A stretch of DNA of 64,000 nucleotides. It comes from Sphyrna mokarran. Taxonomy: Eukaryota. Below, one piece after another: positions 50,701 to 62,575 of this stretch; position 1 is the first letter of the stretch; every line of letters starts with the position of its first letter. The notes beneath the pieces were generated by a model. The model had not been told where the DNA came from. It was given only the letters and a program-made list of their open reading frames with translations, and made no database searches. Made by a program: the position numbers and the translations under genes. The DNA lies in contig JAGIQG010000036.1 in the NCBI GenBank assembly GCA_024679065.1, forward strand, positions 12,524,001 through 12,588,000, written 5' to 3'.

Positions 50701-52186
50701 AGCTGCTGTCAAGAAGGTGGTTTAGCACCTCCACCTTCTTAAGGGCTTTAGGGTTTGACAAGAATAACCAGATCATAGTATGGTGACAGTGTAGAAGGAG
50801 GCCATTGAGCCCACAGGGATCATGCAACTTCTCCGTAAAAGAAATGAATTCCACTCCTTCATTTAGTGTGACTTTGCAGCTATATTTATTTCCTCACATC
50901 ACCTTTGGGTCTTTTGCCAGAATCCATACAATACGGTCTCTGGTTCTCAACCCTTCCGCCAATGAAAACACTTCCTAACTCCATTATTCTTTCCATTATG
51001 TCACTTAGCAATTGTTTGGGAGAATAATGCCCCATGCAAATATGGGACTCAAATTTCAGCCACTCTACTCACCTTCCACATCTTATCCTGCCTGATGTGA
51101 TACTGAGCAACTTTCAGTTTGGCAATGGCACTGTGTGGTTTTGCCAGATTTTAAGAGGTTAGCTGGTTAACAGCAGGTTAGACTGTTTCAGGAGGAGCTT
51201 GCTGTCCATGTTATTCCAGCTGAAATGTTTTCCTCGCTTGTCCACACCCATCTGATATCTGCCATACTCACACTTCCTCCTTCACCCTGCTCTCTGTCTC
51301 TTTTGTCAACCAGGGACCACTGGATTTGCTTGCCCTGCGTATCCCCCTTGTGACAATCTAGCCTGACAGTACCCGCACTAACACTTATTTAAAGGCAGAA
51401 TATTCTTCAGTTACAGCTTTGCCAGCCAATCTTGTCAAACTGTCCCCATCTAACAGATACGACATGGGATTAGATACAGAATAAAGCTCTCTGTACACTG
51501 TCTCCCATCAAACATACCCAGGACAGGTACAACACAGAGTTAGATACAGAGTAAAGCACCATGTACACTATCCCTATCAAACATTCCCAGGATAGGTACA
51601 GCACGGGGTTGGACACAGAGCAGAACTCCCACTATACTGTTCCCCATCAAACAACCCTAGAACAGATACAGCACGGGGTTAGATACAGAGTAAAGCTCCC
51701 TCTACACTGTCCCCCATCAAACACTCCCAGGACAGGTGCAGCACGGGGTTAGATACAGAATAAAGTTCCCTCTACACTGCCCCATCAAACACTTCCAGGA
51801 CAGGTACAGCATGGGGTTAGTACAGAGTAAATTTCCCTCTGCACTGTCCCCCATCAAACACTCCTGGGACAGGTACAGCACGGGGTTAGATACAGAGTAA
51901 ATTTCCCTCTACACTGTCCCCCATCAAACACTCCCAGGACAGGTACAGCACGGGGTTAGATACAGAGTAAACGTCTCTCTACACTGTCCACTAAAACATT
52001 CTCTTACAAAGTTTTCCATTACTTTTTACTTTCTTTGTAATGGGAAATTGATCAGCATTTCCAATGATGCACAGGGCTGGGTGTTAGCTCATTGGTTTCC
52101 CTTGCCAATCCTCCTCCTACCTGGTCTCCATTTGATTACTCACCTCCGAACAGAATGAGGAGAGCAATGAGGTTCTGGGGCTCCAT
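41634..52186 (-). CDS. Complete secretory PLA2 gene B, group I-type paralog, 4 exons, 159 aa
   Basis: join(52144-52186, 48497-48665, 44267-44373, 41634-41794) = 480 nt, open. Same 43/169/107 exon sizes as gene A, 14 mature Cys. AATAAA at 41453-41458. Confidence 0.92.
44267..44373 (-). CDS. PLA2-B exon 3 (His48-Asp49)
   Basis: CCYLHDQCYGDAINMGCSIWTTLYISRCIDEVPMC; ctctcctag acceptor, gtaagt donor. Confidence 0.93.
44894..44998 (+). repeat. ~43-bp tandem repeat, about 2.5 copies
   Basis: caaacatggcatcctgcccataagtatggctccatgcccacaa repeated. Confidence 0.85.
45150..45700 (+). repeat. Minisatellite of alternating 30/33-bp units (gattcactggttaaaatcag...)
   Basis: Homogeneous 63-bp dimer core at ~45365-45560 with degenerate edges. 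Confidence 0.92.
46000..47720. mobile_element. Cluster of CR1 fragments on both strands with a nested SINE (~46905-47210)
   Basis: PISVTSVKGK..DFSKALDKVPHGRL on +; RFTRLIPGM on -. Confidence 0.8.
48497..48665 (-). CDS. PLA2-B exon 2
   Basis: (V)MIIPVQGFDIRGR-KMTNFTSVVNCANPGMNTLRYSNYGCFCGIGGSGNQPVDALD(R); tttcacag acceptor, gtaata donor. Confidence 0.93.
51440..51990 (+). repeat. ~68-bp satellite array (acactcccaggacaggtacagcacggggttagatacagagtaaagctccctctacactgtcccccatcaa); shorter arrays at 8620-8880, 27925-28185, 33750-33930, 40430-40600 (-)
   Basis: About 8 tandem units visible here. Confidence 0.9.
52144..52186 (-). CDS. PLA2-B exon 1 (signal peptide MEPQNLIALLILFG)
   Basis: cccATGG start, gtgagt donor, phase 1. 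Confidence 0.87.
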
Positions 52187-53978
52187 GGGGTCCTGTTTCC
52201 TTGGCAAGTTTGAAGTTTGCCGTAACTGTGGCGCTACCTCTTTTACCGTGCTCTCAGGGTCGCTCCATCCCATGTTCACTCTGCAATGGAATATAGGGTA
52301 AAGGTCACTCTGAGCTCATTCTAACATCCAGACATTCTCAGGTTTGGCAATGGCACTGTGTGGTTTGGAAAGATTGATGCTGTGGGTTTGGTCCCTCTTA
52401 CTAAACTAATTTTAACTGACATCAATTGGTACATATGGTGGAATTGTCACTGGACAAGTAATCCAGAGACCCCTGATAATGCTCTGAGACCTACACAGCA
52501 GATGGTGAAATTTGAATTTGATAGAATTAAAAGTTTAATGATGAAACCATTGTTAATTGCTGTAAAATAAAACCCATCTGGTTCACTAATGTTCTTTATG
52601 GAAAGAAATTTCTCACCTTTACCCAATCTGGCCTACATGAGCCTCTTGAACCACAGCAAGGTGGTTAACTCTTAACTACCCTCTGAAATGGCCTAGCAAG
52701 ACATTTGAGGCAACACAATGGCACAGTGATATGCCACTGTAAGGGACCTGCGTTTAACTCTGGCCACGGGTCACCGCCTGTGTAGAGTTTGCACATTCTA
52801 TCCATGTCTGCATGGGTTTCCTCCGGGTGCTCCGGTTTCCTCCCACAATCCAAAGATGTGCAAGTTAGGTAGATTGGCCATGCTAAATTGACCTATGGTG
52901 TACACGAGCAGGTGCTGGAGTGTGGCAACTAGGGGTTTTTCACAGTAACTTCATTGCAGTATTATTTTAAGCCTACTTGAGAGTAATAAATAAAATAAAC
53001 TTCCATGTGTAGGTTAGGTGGTTTAACTGTGATGAATGTACGGGGATAGGATGGCTGGGTGTTCCTGAGTGAGTTTTTTTTGTGGAGTCTATGTGAATTT
53101 GATGGAGAAAGTGGCCTCCTCCTGCGCTGTAGGGATTTTAAGATCCTAAGCTCAACAGGACAAAGCAGTCCACATAATTGCTACCCCTTCCACAAACATC
53201 CATCCCCTCCTCCATCAATGTAGTAGCAACAGTCTGTACCATCTACAAGATGCATTCTAGGAACTCACCAAGGCACCTTACGCAGCACCTTCTAAACCCA
53301 CAACTCATAGACTCCCTACAGCACCAACAATAATCCCACCCAAGTCCTATCTTCACAAGTCCCTCTAACCTACATATCAGGGGACACTAAAAGGTTATTT
53401 AGTGTGGCCAATGCACCTAACCCACACATCTTTGAACTGTGGAAGGAAACCCACACAGACATGGGGAAAATGGAAAGCCTGCACAAACAGTGACCCGAGC
53501 CGGGAATCGAACCCAGGCCCCTGGAGCTGGGAGGCAGCACTGCTAACCACTGTGCCAACATCCTATTAGCAACTGGAAGGACAAGGGTAGTCAGTACATG
53601 GAACACCTCTCCTCCAAATCATCCTGACTTGGAAATATATCGCTGATGCTTCACTGTTGCTGGGTCAAAATCTTGTAACTCCCACCCCAAACAGCACTGT
53701 GGGTGTACCTACAGTACTTGGACTGCAGTGGGTTCAAGAAGGCTCTTCACTCCCACCTTCACAAGGGGCAATTAGGAATGGGCAATAAATGCTGAACCCA
53801 GCCAGCATGAAGGGGTAATAAAAACCATGTATGTGAGCTGGGTCAGGGACATCGAAGCTGTTCCAGGCTTTGGAGCAGCGACAGTACCGGCCACAGACAC
53901 AGAGGGCGCTGACGGGACCGGGCCAAAGGCGGAGGGAAAGGGGGCTCCGGGGGAGCGGCCTCGGAGTCGGACTGGCAC

Positions 53979-54096
53979 TCATCCGGACCGTAAACAGAGC
54001 TGCACTCGGCACTCAGCCTGGGTCATCTGGTTGTCGTTGGAGATTCTGATCAGCGCCGATGGTTCGAGAAAGATTAAAGGCATGAAGCTCACACAG
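53979..54096 (-). other. Candidate terminal coding exon of an unidentified gene
   Basis: Long pyrimidine tract + cag acceptor; phase-2 frame CVSFMPLIFLEPSALIRISNDNQMTQAECRVQLCLRSG*; CpG-rich downstream sequence. Confidence 0.35.
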
Positions 54097-54474
54097 CTGG
54101 GGAGAGGGAGAGAGGAGGGAGAGAGAGGAGGGGTAGAGCATTCTACGATGTTATGTACTCATAGTATTTGAAGCACTGGAATCATTGATGAGCCAGACAA
54201 CAATGAGATTAGTGATCATTGAAAAATCTCACATAGCTCGTCCCCCGACTTCAAACAGTACGGGGGGGGGGGGAGGGTAATAGTATATGTGTTTCCTCCA
54301 ATGTAAGTGTGTGTTCTAGTCACTGTGTCTCCTGGATGTGCGTGCCAGCATTGGACTGATGAAGGATCAGCCCCCCCCCCCAAATCTCGTCCTACCAAAT
54401 CATCCTGTTGGACTTTAACCTGGTGTTGTGCGACTATTTATTTTGTGTTTATATTTGATCTCGTTTCTTTTCAG

Positions 54475-54623
54475 TTCCCTCCTGGTGGCAGACCACTCTG
54501 TCAAAGTGCAATAAGAAGGTGTGCGAATGTGATGTAGAAGCTGCCCTGTGCTTCAGGGAGTACAGCGACTTTTTCGATTCAAAGTTTGTGAATTATGACC
54601 AAAAGCTGTGTAAGATCGTATAA
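54475..54623 (+). pseudogene. Orphan PLA2-A exon 4 (inverted duplicate), no upstream exons 2-3 on this strand
   Basis: Reverse complement of 22461-22609. Upstream homology ends at ~54135. AATAAA at 54820-54825. Confidence 0.85.
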
Positions 54624-55671
54624 CACAGCTTGCAATGAAGCAACGGTGATGCGCCTGAAAGTCACATTGATAAGCATCTCTTCAAAACAATATTCCGGGT
54701 GTCATTGATGGGATTTCTCTTATGCCATCTCACTGATTTCCCATTTCTCACCGTCTGCGTCTCATTTTCTTTAATTCGTTTTCTTTAATTCGTTTAGAGT
54801 GTTCTTTACAATATGGTGAAATAAAATACACTGATTGAAGGGCCCAGTGCTGGGAGTGGGAGTATTTATTCCTTGTTGGTAAAGGGGACATGTCTAAGTA
54901 ATTCCAGGGCACACATTGCAATCTTTCCCAGACACTGGGATCCTGCTGATGCATTGTGCCGCCACGCTGACACCTGCTGGTGAACAGCAGCAGTAACCTC
55001 TGCTGTCTCTGCTCTCAAATGAGTATAGAGGGCCTGTTGGTATCACAATCGTCTTGATTGAGGCAAATGTGGCAACTCGTAGGCTAACATGCATATTGCT
55101 GCAATCAATCTAAGTAAAAATTAGGAGAGATATCAAGTGGATCAAATGTTACTAATATACCCAATCATTCAGATTCAAGCGCCAATGAAGTGTTTCAACA
55201 ATGCAAGATCATACTTTGTCACTATAGAAATCGTCTTACCAGAGACATAGAGAGAGTAATGAGGTTTTACAAGCCGGAAAGTCCTGAGCGTTGCAGCCAT
55301 CAGGCTTCTATCTGTTCTAATCCCATTTCCAAATACTTGTCTGTAGCCTTGTATGCAATACATTTAGGAACTGTACTCAGTCAGAATCAGCAACTTCAGG
55401 AACTATACCACAGTGAGTGTTAGCACTTTAAGGATCTGTATCCCAGTGACGGTCACTCACTTCCTTCAAGAAATGTCTGGACGGCAAGGTGGCACCGTTC
55501 TTAGCATAGTTGCCTCACAGCAGTGGGGATCTGGGCTTGATTCCCGGCTTGTGTCATCGTCTAAGCTGAGTTTGCACGTTCTCCCCGCGGATGCATGGGT
55601 TTCGTGCGGGTGCTCCCGTTTTCCTCCCACAGTACGAAGGTGTGCGGATTAGGTTGATTAGCCATGATAAA

Positions 55672-56327
55672 TAGAACATAGAAGAAAATAGAACATTCCT
55701 GCACAGAACAGGCCCTTCGGTCTTCGAAGTTGCGCCGACCAATATAAAAAGCAATGCCCCTCCAAACTAAACCATTCCCTTGTCTTCCATATACTTAACA
55801 ACTAACCTCTTAAACGCCACCAAACGGCGCATCTATAACTGCTGCAGGCGGGGCATTCCACTCCTGAACCACCCTTTGGGTGAAGAACCTACCTCTGACA
55901 TCCGTCCTATAAATATCATCCCTTAATTTAACGCTGTGTCCCCTCGTGCTAGCTTTCTCCATCCTAGGAAAAAGCCTATCACTGTCCACCCTATCTAAAC
56001 CTCTAATCATCTTATATGTTTCGATCAGGTCCCCTCTTAGCCCCCTACTTTCTAACGAAAACAACCTCAAATCCCTCAGCCTCTCTTCATAAGACCTGCC
56101 CTACCAGGCAACATCCTGGTAAACCTCCTCTGTACTCTCTCCAAAGCCTCCATATCTTTCTTATAATGTGTGGACCAGAACTGCACACAATATTCCAAGT
56201 GCGGCCGCACTGGAGTTTTGAACACTTGCAACATGACGTTGCGGCTCCGAAATTCAATCCCAATACCAATAAAAGCTAAGACTCCGTATGCCTTCTTAAC
56301 AACCCTCTCCACTTGACTGCCTACTTT
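55672..56327 (-). mobile_element. CR1 3' fragment (mirror of 20757-21412)
   Basis: Reverse complement. Confidence 0.9.
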
Positions 56328-59300
56328 CGTGTCGGGGAGACGAGCTAGGTTAAATGCATGGGGCTAGGGCCTGGGTGGGAATGTGGTCAGTGCAGACTTG
56401 ATGGGCCGATTGGCCTCCTTTGTGCACTGTAGAAATCTTCGCCGCAGACTTTCACTAAATGCCTACTCCAAGTTTGTATTAGGAAATGACTTTGAAAATC
56501 ACATGTTGGAATGACATGGTGTGACTGGAAGGCAAGTTCCAGTGTTTGTAAAAAGATTATACAGATGAAAATGTGGATGCAAATTGCCATTAATTTTCTT
56601 ATTTTTGAATGTTTTGTCTTGTTCATTGTAGCTCCTGGAAATGTTTTAAATTTTAATAGTTTTGCATCTCCAACTGTTGTGTGAACTGCAACTTTAATCT
56701 GATGCCCCTATTCCTTTTTGCCTTTCAAGTTCCCACCGCCTTTCCATTTGAAGCTAACAGATAGGGTGCAACCAAAGTATGCATTCTGAATGTATTTTCT
56801 CCAACTAAATATCAGATGACAAGTTGCAACACAATAGAAGGCCATTCTACTTATTGGGATCGTTCTGGCTCTCTGCGAGATCAACACACCTCCCTTTGCC
56901 TTTCCTCAAAGATTTTCTAATTGTGTCCCTTCCAAATTCCTTTTGAAAGACCTGACTGTATTTGCCCCTCCTGACACTGTGGCAGTGCATTCCAGATTCT
57001 AACAACTCACTGCATAATAATGCAGTGAGTAATATTAATATTAATATAACCCAGCCAATCACTTCAAGAAAGTGCCTGTGGTCATCAATCCATCCGTTAA
57101 TGAGAACATTTTTCTATATTTACTCCTACCTTCTCTGCAAAGTTCACTGCCATTTATTAGTTCCAATCTCCCCAAACTTTTGATCCCACTTGAAATTTTT
57201 GACCCCATTTCCGGCCCAACACAGAGCTCATTTGTACGTCCCATCTTCTGCCAACAACCCCCTTGCAAGCTTTTTATTCTCACACACTTCTCAAACTTCA
57301 GCAATTCCAAAGATCTCATTGCCTATCTCCTACTGCTGCATCAACTCACATATCATTCCTGTGCTAGCTGACCTGCCCTGCCTTGCACCCCCATTTCTGC
57401 CCTGTCTCCCTTGCTTCCAGTGAACGAGTATGTTTTCGTTTAATATAAGGTGTGTTTAAAGCTGGCAATGCCATCACCTGTTACCCATCCCAAAGTGACT
57501 GAACAGACTGAATTTCAGAGGATAGTTAACATATAAACATAAAAAAAAGTAGATCAATAGGCATTTCAAACCTGCTCCACCTTTCATTATGGTTTGGCTT
57601 AATTGACCAACTCAAAAGCCTGTTCCTTCCCCCCCCCACCATATCCTTTGATTCTTTTCATCCCAAGAGTTATATCTAATTCGTTTGCGGAAACTGAACA
57701 TTTTGACGTCAATCATTTGTTGTGGTGATGGGCTTACAGTCGATGGCTAAGGAAAGAACTTCTCCTCTCAGTCTTAAATTTTCTACCCGCTATGCTCGCA
57801 CAGGGACTCCAGGTTCTGAAGTCCCCCACCATTGGGAATATCCTCCCTGCATCTATCCTGTCTAGCCCTGGGAATATTCTTCTGCATCTTCTCTGCACTC
57901 TGTCCAGTATAATTGTGTCTTTCCTGTAATGTGATGACCAGAACTATATGCAAACTTCCAGCTCAGCGTAACCAGTGTTTTCTACAGTTCTAACACTACA
58001 TCCTTGTTTTTGTATTTTAAACTTTATCCAATAAAGGAAACCATTCTATATGTTTTCTTGGCCAGTATGTCCACCAATCCTGTCACCTTTAGGGAACTGT
58101 CGACCTGCATTCCAAGGTTTCTCCCTTCCTCAGATTAGTTAGCCTAGATAATTTTCTTCAGAAAAGATGGGGCTAAAGGGTGACCTAATTAAGTCATACA
58201 AAATTAAGAGTTCAGACAGGGTTGACTGGAAAGAGTTGTTTTGCCCTAGATGAGGGCTCGAATACCAAGGGGCATTCATTTAAGGTAATTGGTAGAAGTA
58301 TTATAGGGGACATGAAGAACCACTTTTCCACTCATCAGGTAATGGACACTTGGAATTCATTGAGGCTGAAGTGCTCAACTTATTTACAAGTTATCTGGAT
58401 ATTCCTCTAAAGTGTTGTAACTTTCAAACAAAGTGCTAAGTAATGCGATTTAAATGAGTGGTTAGTTTTTCTTTTTCTCTTTTGTGGCCAATGCTGACAG
58501 AATCAGTCACTTCTCCATCACAATTTTCCTATGTTCCTACGAGATGTCTTTGAGCACAGAGACTGAGGTAGGAACATAAAGATATATTGGTGATAAAATT
58601 TTGTTGGACCTGGAAGAGCAAAAGAGAATTAGAGAGCTGAGATAGGTTGAACAAGGTGAGATGCTCGAAGGGTGAAAAGGTGCTGGGGTAGCAGGATCTG
58701 TGTGACAAGGAAAACATTTCTACCAGTATGGGTTTGACACGGAAATTGGTGGAGGACGTAACCAAATATGCAATCCTCATTAAGGAGAAATATTTCATCA
58801 TGTCTCAAGCACTATCTTAAGGCATTGATCCTGATGTGACCATCACATCAAGTTGACAAGTGAACTCACATTCTCGATGAAGATGTATAAAGAGAGGTGA
58901 GACCTTACCACTGGCAGAATCCACAGATGTGGACATGCTAGTGTTGGACTGGGATAAACACAACACTAGGTTAAAGTCGAGCCAATTTATTTGATAGTAA
59001 TCTCACAAGCTTTTGGGGTTTGCCCCTTGGTCAGGCGAATCTCCTTAGGTGAATCCCATCAGGTTCATCTCACGAAGGGGCAAACACACAAGCTTGTGAG
59101 TTTACTATCAAATAAATTGGTTCGATTTTAACCTGGTGTTGTGAGTCCACAAAGACAGCTTTGGAAGGGATGAGTTCGACAGGAAGAAACTTGACAAGGA
59201 GGATGGCCTAGTGATAGTATGTTGGTGCTTTAGCCAGAAGCTTAGCTAATGCTTTGGGGACCCGAATTGGAATCCTGCTTGTTTGACAGACTTGTTTAAA

Positions 59301-61186
59301 CCTTCTCTTTTACTTTATGCTGATGGGAAATGTGCTGCAGTGTGGATGGTGGAATCAATTGGACTCTGCCCAGAGATAATGCCTTGTGTTTGCAATGGGG
59401 AAACAGTGTCAAGGTGAAAATGTATATGTTCTCAAGTACCGCTTTTCAAGCCTGACACACAGAGACAGGCAGCTGATGTTTGCAGACATGGACACAGATG
59501 GCGAGTGTTGTGTTGCTGGGTGATGAAATAGAGAAGCTCTTGCTTGTGAGTGGAGGATTCAATTTCATTTGTGGGACATGAGCATCATTGACTGGCCAAC
59601 ATTTACTGTATATCCCTAGTTGCTCTTTTTCAGAGTACAGTTGAGAGTCAACCACATGGCTGTGGCCCTGGAGTCACATGTAGGTCAGACCGGATAAGGA
59701 CGGCAGATTTCTTACCCTTAAAGACATTGAAGAATGGATTTTTCCAACAATCAGCAATTGTTTCATGGTCCTAAGTAGCATCTTAATTGCATTTTTTTAT
59801 GGAAATTCCACCATCTGCCGTGACGAGATTGGAAACCAGGTCCCCAAAACATGAGCTGATTTTCTGGATTAATAATCAAATCATAATACCACTAGGCCAT
59901 TGCCTCCCCGTATGTTTAAAAGAGAATTATTTTTCAGTTTGAAGAAACGGGGGTGGGGGGGGGGAATGGAGATTTCAAACACAAGGTGGCGGCAGAGTGA
60001 ACGTTTTAGCTGGAAATCAGTTCAGGAATTCTCAGAAGACTGGGTGAGACCACTTTGGACGAAAACTCACTCCGGAGTGGCAGGGAGCAGAGAAACTCCT
60101 GCAAAGTCAATCTCTGTTTGCGATGTAATCGACAAAGTGAAATATGTGCAGAGAGTGTTGCATAATGTAAAAATACATAGAATAAAGCCCTTTTGATTGT
60201 TTTAGTTAGAGACATAGAGGGCAGTAGGAGGCCATTCGGCCCATTAAGTCTGCATGAGCTCTTAGAAAAAGCAACTTTCTATGACCCAACCCCTATCTCA
60301 GAAACCCAGAAACACACTTCCCATGGTAATACTCAACACATGAAACAATCATGCTGACCAATCCACCTATATTAATGGAGTAGCATCCTTTCTGTCGTCT
60401 GGATCTGTGTAATTTACACACTTCATTCAAATTTCCAGCCTGGCAGTATTTTGCTTTTTATTAGGTTTATTAGATGTCTATTGGTGATTCGCCTCCGCTA
60501 AGTTTAGAAAATGTCTATAAATGTGTAATTCTGTCATATGGTTCTTTCTGTCCGTCACTGGGAAACTCATATCCTTGTTCAGTGTTATCAGTTCGTGCTA
60601 AGGTTCGAAAATTAGATCAGCGATCTAATTTCGACGTTTGACACAATATGTGCAACCTGTACAGGAACGGGAACAAGGATAGGCCTTTCAGCCCGTCCAC
60701 AAAGCTGTGCCGCTCGATAGGACTCCCAATCGTATTCGCAAATCCAGTCTCTGCCTCCCGTCCCCCCGCATTGAAAAAAAACTTTAATATCTCTATTTTT
60801 TTCCCAGATCTGACTGGGGAATACATTCAATGACCTAGTGTGTGAGGTATAAAACTCAGAGAACAAAACATCCGATTTGAGAGAAGAAATTCATCTTAAT
60901 CTCTGATTTAGACAGTAGGTTTTTCTGAAGCCATGCCCTTTGGTTCTAGGTGCCCTCTGAGAGTGGAGTTTCCTCCCAGCATCGACATTTTCAAATCCCC
61001 TCCCAATATTATACGTTTTATTCCCATTAGCATGTATTCCTTCAAACACCCGTCGCAAGGATATTCCAACATTTTCAGGAGTCTGCAAAGCCAGATCGGT
61101 GCAATCCGGATTTCCCCTCTAAGCCCCCTTTATGGTTCTGCGCTCTGATCGATCGACAATTTCCGGCTGCTGCCTGCTCCACATAA

Positions 61187-61859
61187 TGTAGAGATGCCGG
61201 CGTTGGGCGGGGGTAAACTCAGTAAGAATCTGGCAACACCAATTTTATTTCCAACCGATTTATTTGAGAGTAAATCTGAGAGCTTTCGGCCTTTGTGGCC
61301 TTCATCAGGTCTGGTCTCCAAAAGCACAGATATCAGCACAGACAGTTTAAAGATTGCTGATTAGAATACGAATCTTTACACCTAACCTGCTATTCAAGTC
61401 TTAAAGTAGCTAACAGCAGCGGTTAAAGAGATGTGTATTGTCCCCAGACAGCACAGTAAGTGAGGTTTTCTGCTAACCCAGGCATGTCATGGGGGTTACA
61501 GATAGCGAGACATGAAGCCAAGATCCCTGTTAAGACCGTCCTCATGTGTGCGTAACTTGGCTATCAGTCTCTGCTCAGCGACTCTGCGCTGTCGTGTGTT
61601 GTGAAGGCCCCAATGAAGAACTCAAAGGTCGGAGGCCGAATGCCCGTGACTGCTGAAGTGTTCACCCACAGGAAGGGAACTGTTTTGCCTGGTGATTGTT
61701 GAACGATGTTCATTCATCCGCTGTCGTAGTGTCTGCATATTCTCCCCTCATTCGAACACTTCATTCGCGTGATGAAGGCCACAAAGGCCGAAAGTTCGCA
61801 GATTTAGTATCAAATAAATCGGTTGCATTTAAAATTGCTGTTGCCAGATTCTTACTAAA
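61187..61859 (-). mobile_element. Penelope-like element remnant (mirror copy)
   Basis: Reverse complement of 15225-15897. Confidence 0.85.
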
Positions 61860-62024
61860 TGCTCCACATAAACCAATCAGGAGGTGAGGGGCGGGGCTGC
61901 TACAGGAAAAGGGTGGGACTGCCAGCAGGAAGAGTTGGACTGTCAAGCAAAAAGTGAGGAAGAAGAGGAGGAGCATCGCAATTTGAAATTTTTCTTCCCA
62001 GTAAGAAGGACTGTTGAAAAGGAA

Positions 62025-62536
62025 GGCTCTGTTCATCATGTTTTACCGTAAGGAACTTTGCCAACAACAATTCTTATTCAACATCTAACTTTCCTTTCTA
62101 CTTGCTGACCACTATTGCTTTCTCCATTTCTGTCCCTCTTTCTTCTTCGCTTCTTTTTCTCCCCCCCTCTTTTACCTCTCATTCCACTACACAGAGTGTC
62201 CTAATTTCCTGATCCCCTCTCTTTGTCTCTTCCTCAGATGTGAAGTCTCAGACTATCCGCCAGATTCCCGCCGCAGTTTCCAAATTTCCAAGGGAGAAAG
62301 TGGGACTGAACTGCACTGTGGAGGGAAGCAGCAGTAATCTCTACATGTACTGGTAGAGACAATACCCGCGGAGTGAGCCGCAACTGCTGTTTTTGTCCAA
62401 CACTGCAAAGTTTATCACTCCAGATGAGCCGGTGGACGGCTTCATAGCGAAGAGACCCAATGACTATGAGTTCAACCTGGAGTCCTCCGGCCTGCGGGTG
62501 AATCACTCGGCCGTGTATTACTGCGCCTGGAGTCTT
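62025..62536 (+). pseudogene. TCR beta V pseudogene V3 (inverted duplicate of V2): V exon 62238-62536
   Basis: Reverse complement of V2, same TAG at 62354-62356. Confidence 0.92.
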
Positions 62537-62575
62537 CACAGTGACTCAGTGAGATGGAGCAGTTCAACAAAAACC
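62537..62575 (+). other. Perfect-consensus 23-RSS of V3
   Basis: CACAGTG-23 nt-ACAAAAACC. Confidence 0.95.

Noticed and set aside
40226-54623. A + strand PLA2 gene joining relic exon 1 to orphan exon 4
   Set aside because: No start codon and no + strand exons 2-3; the pieces come from unrelated duplications.
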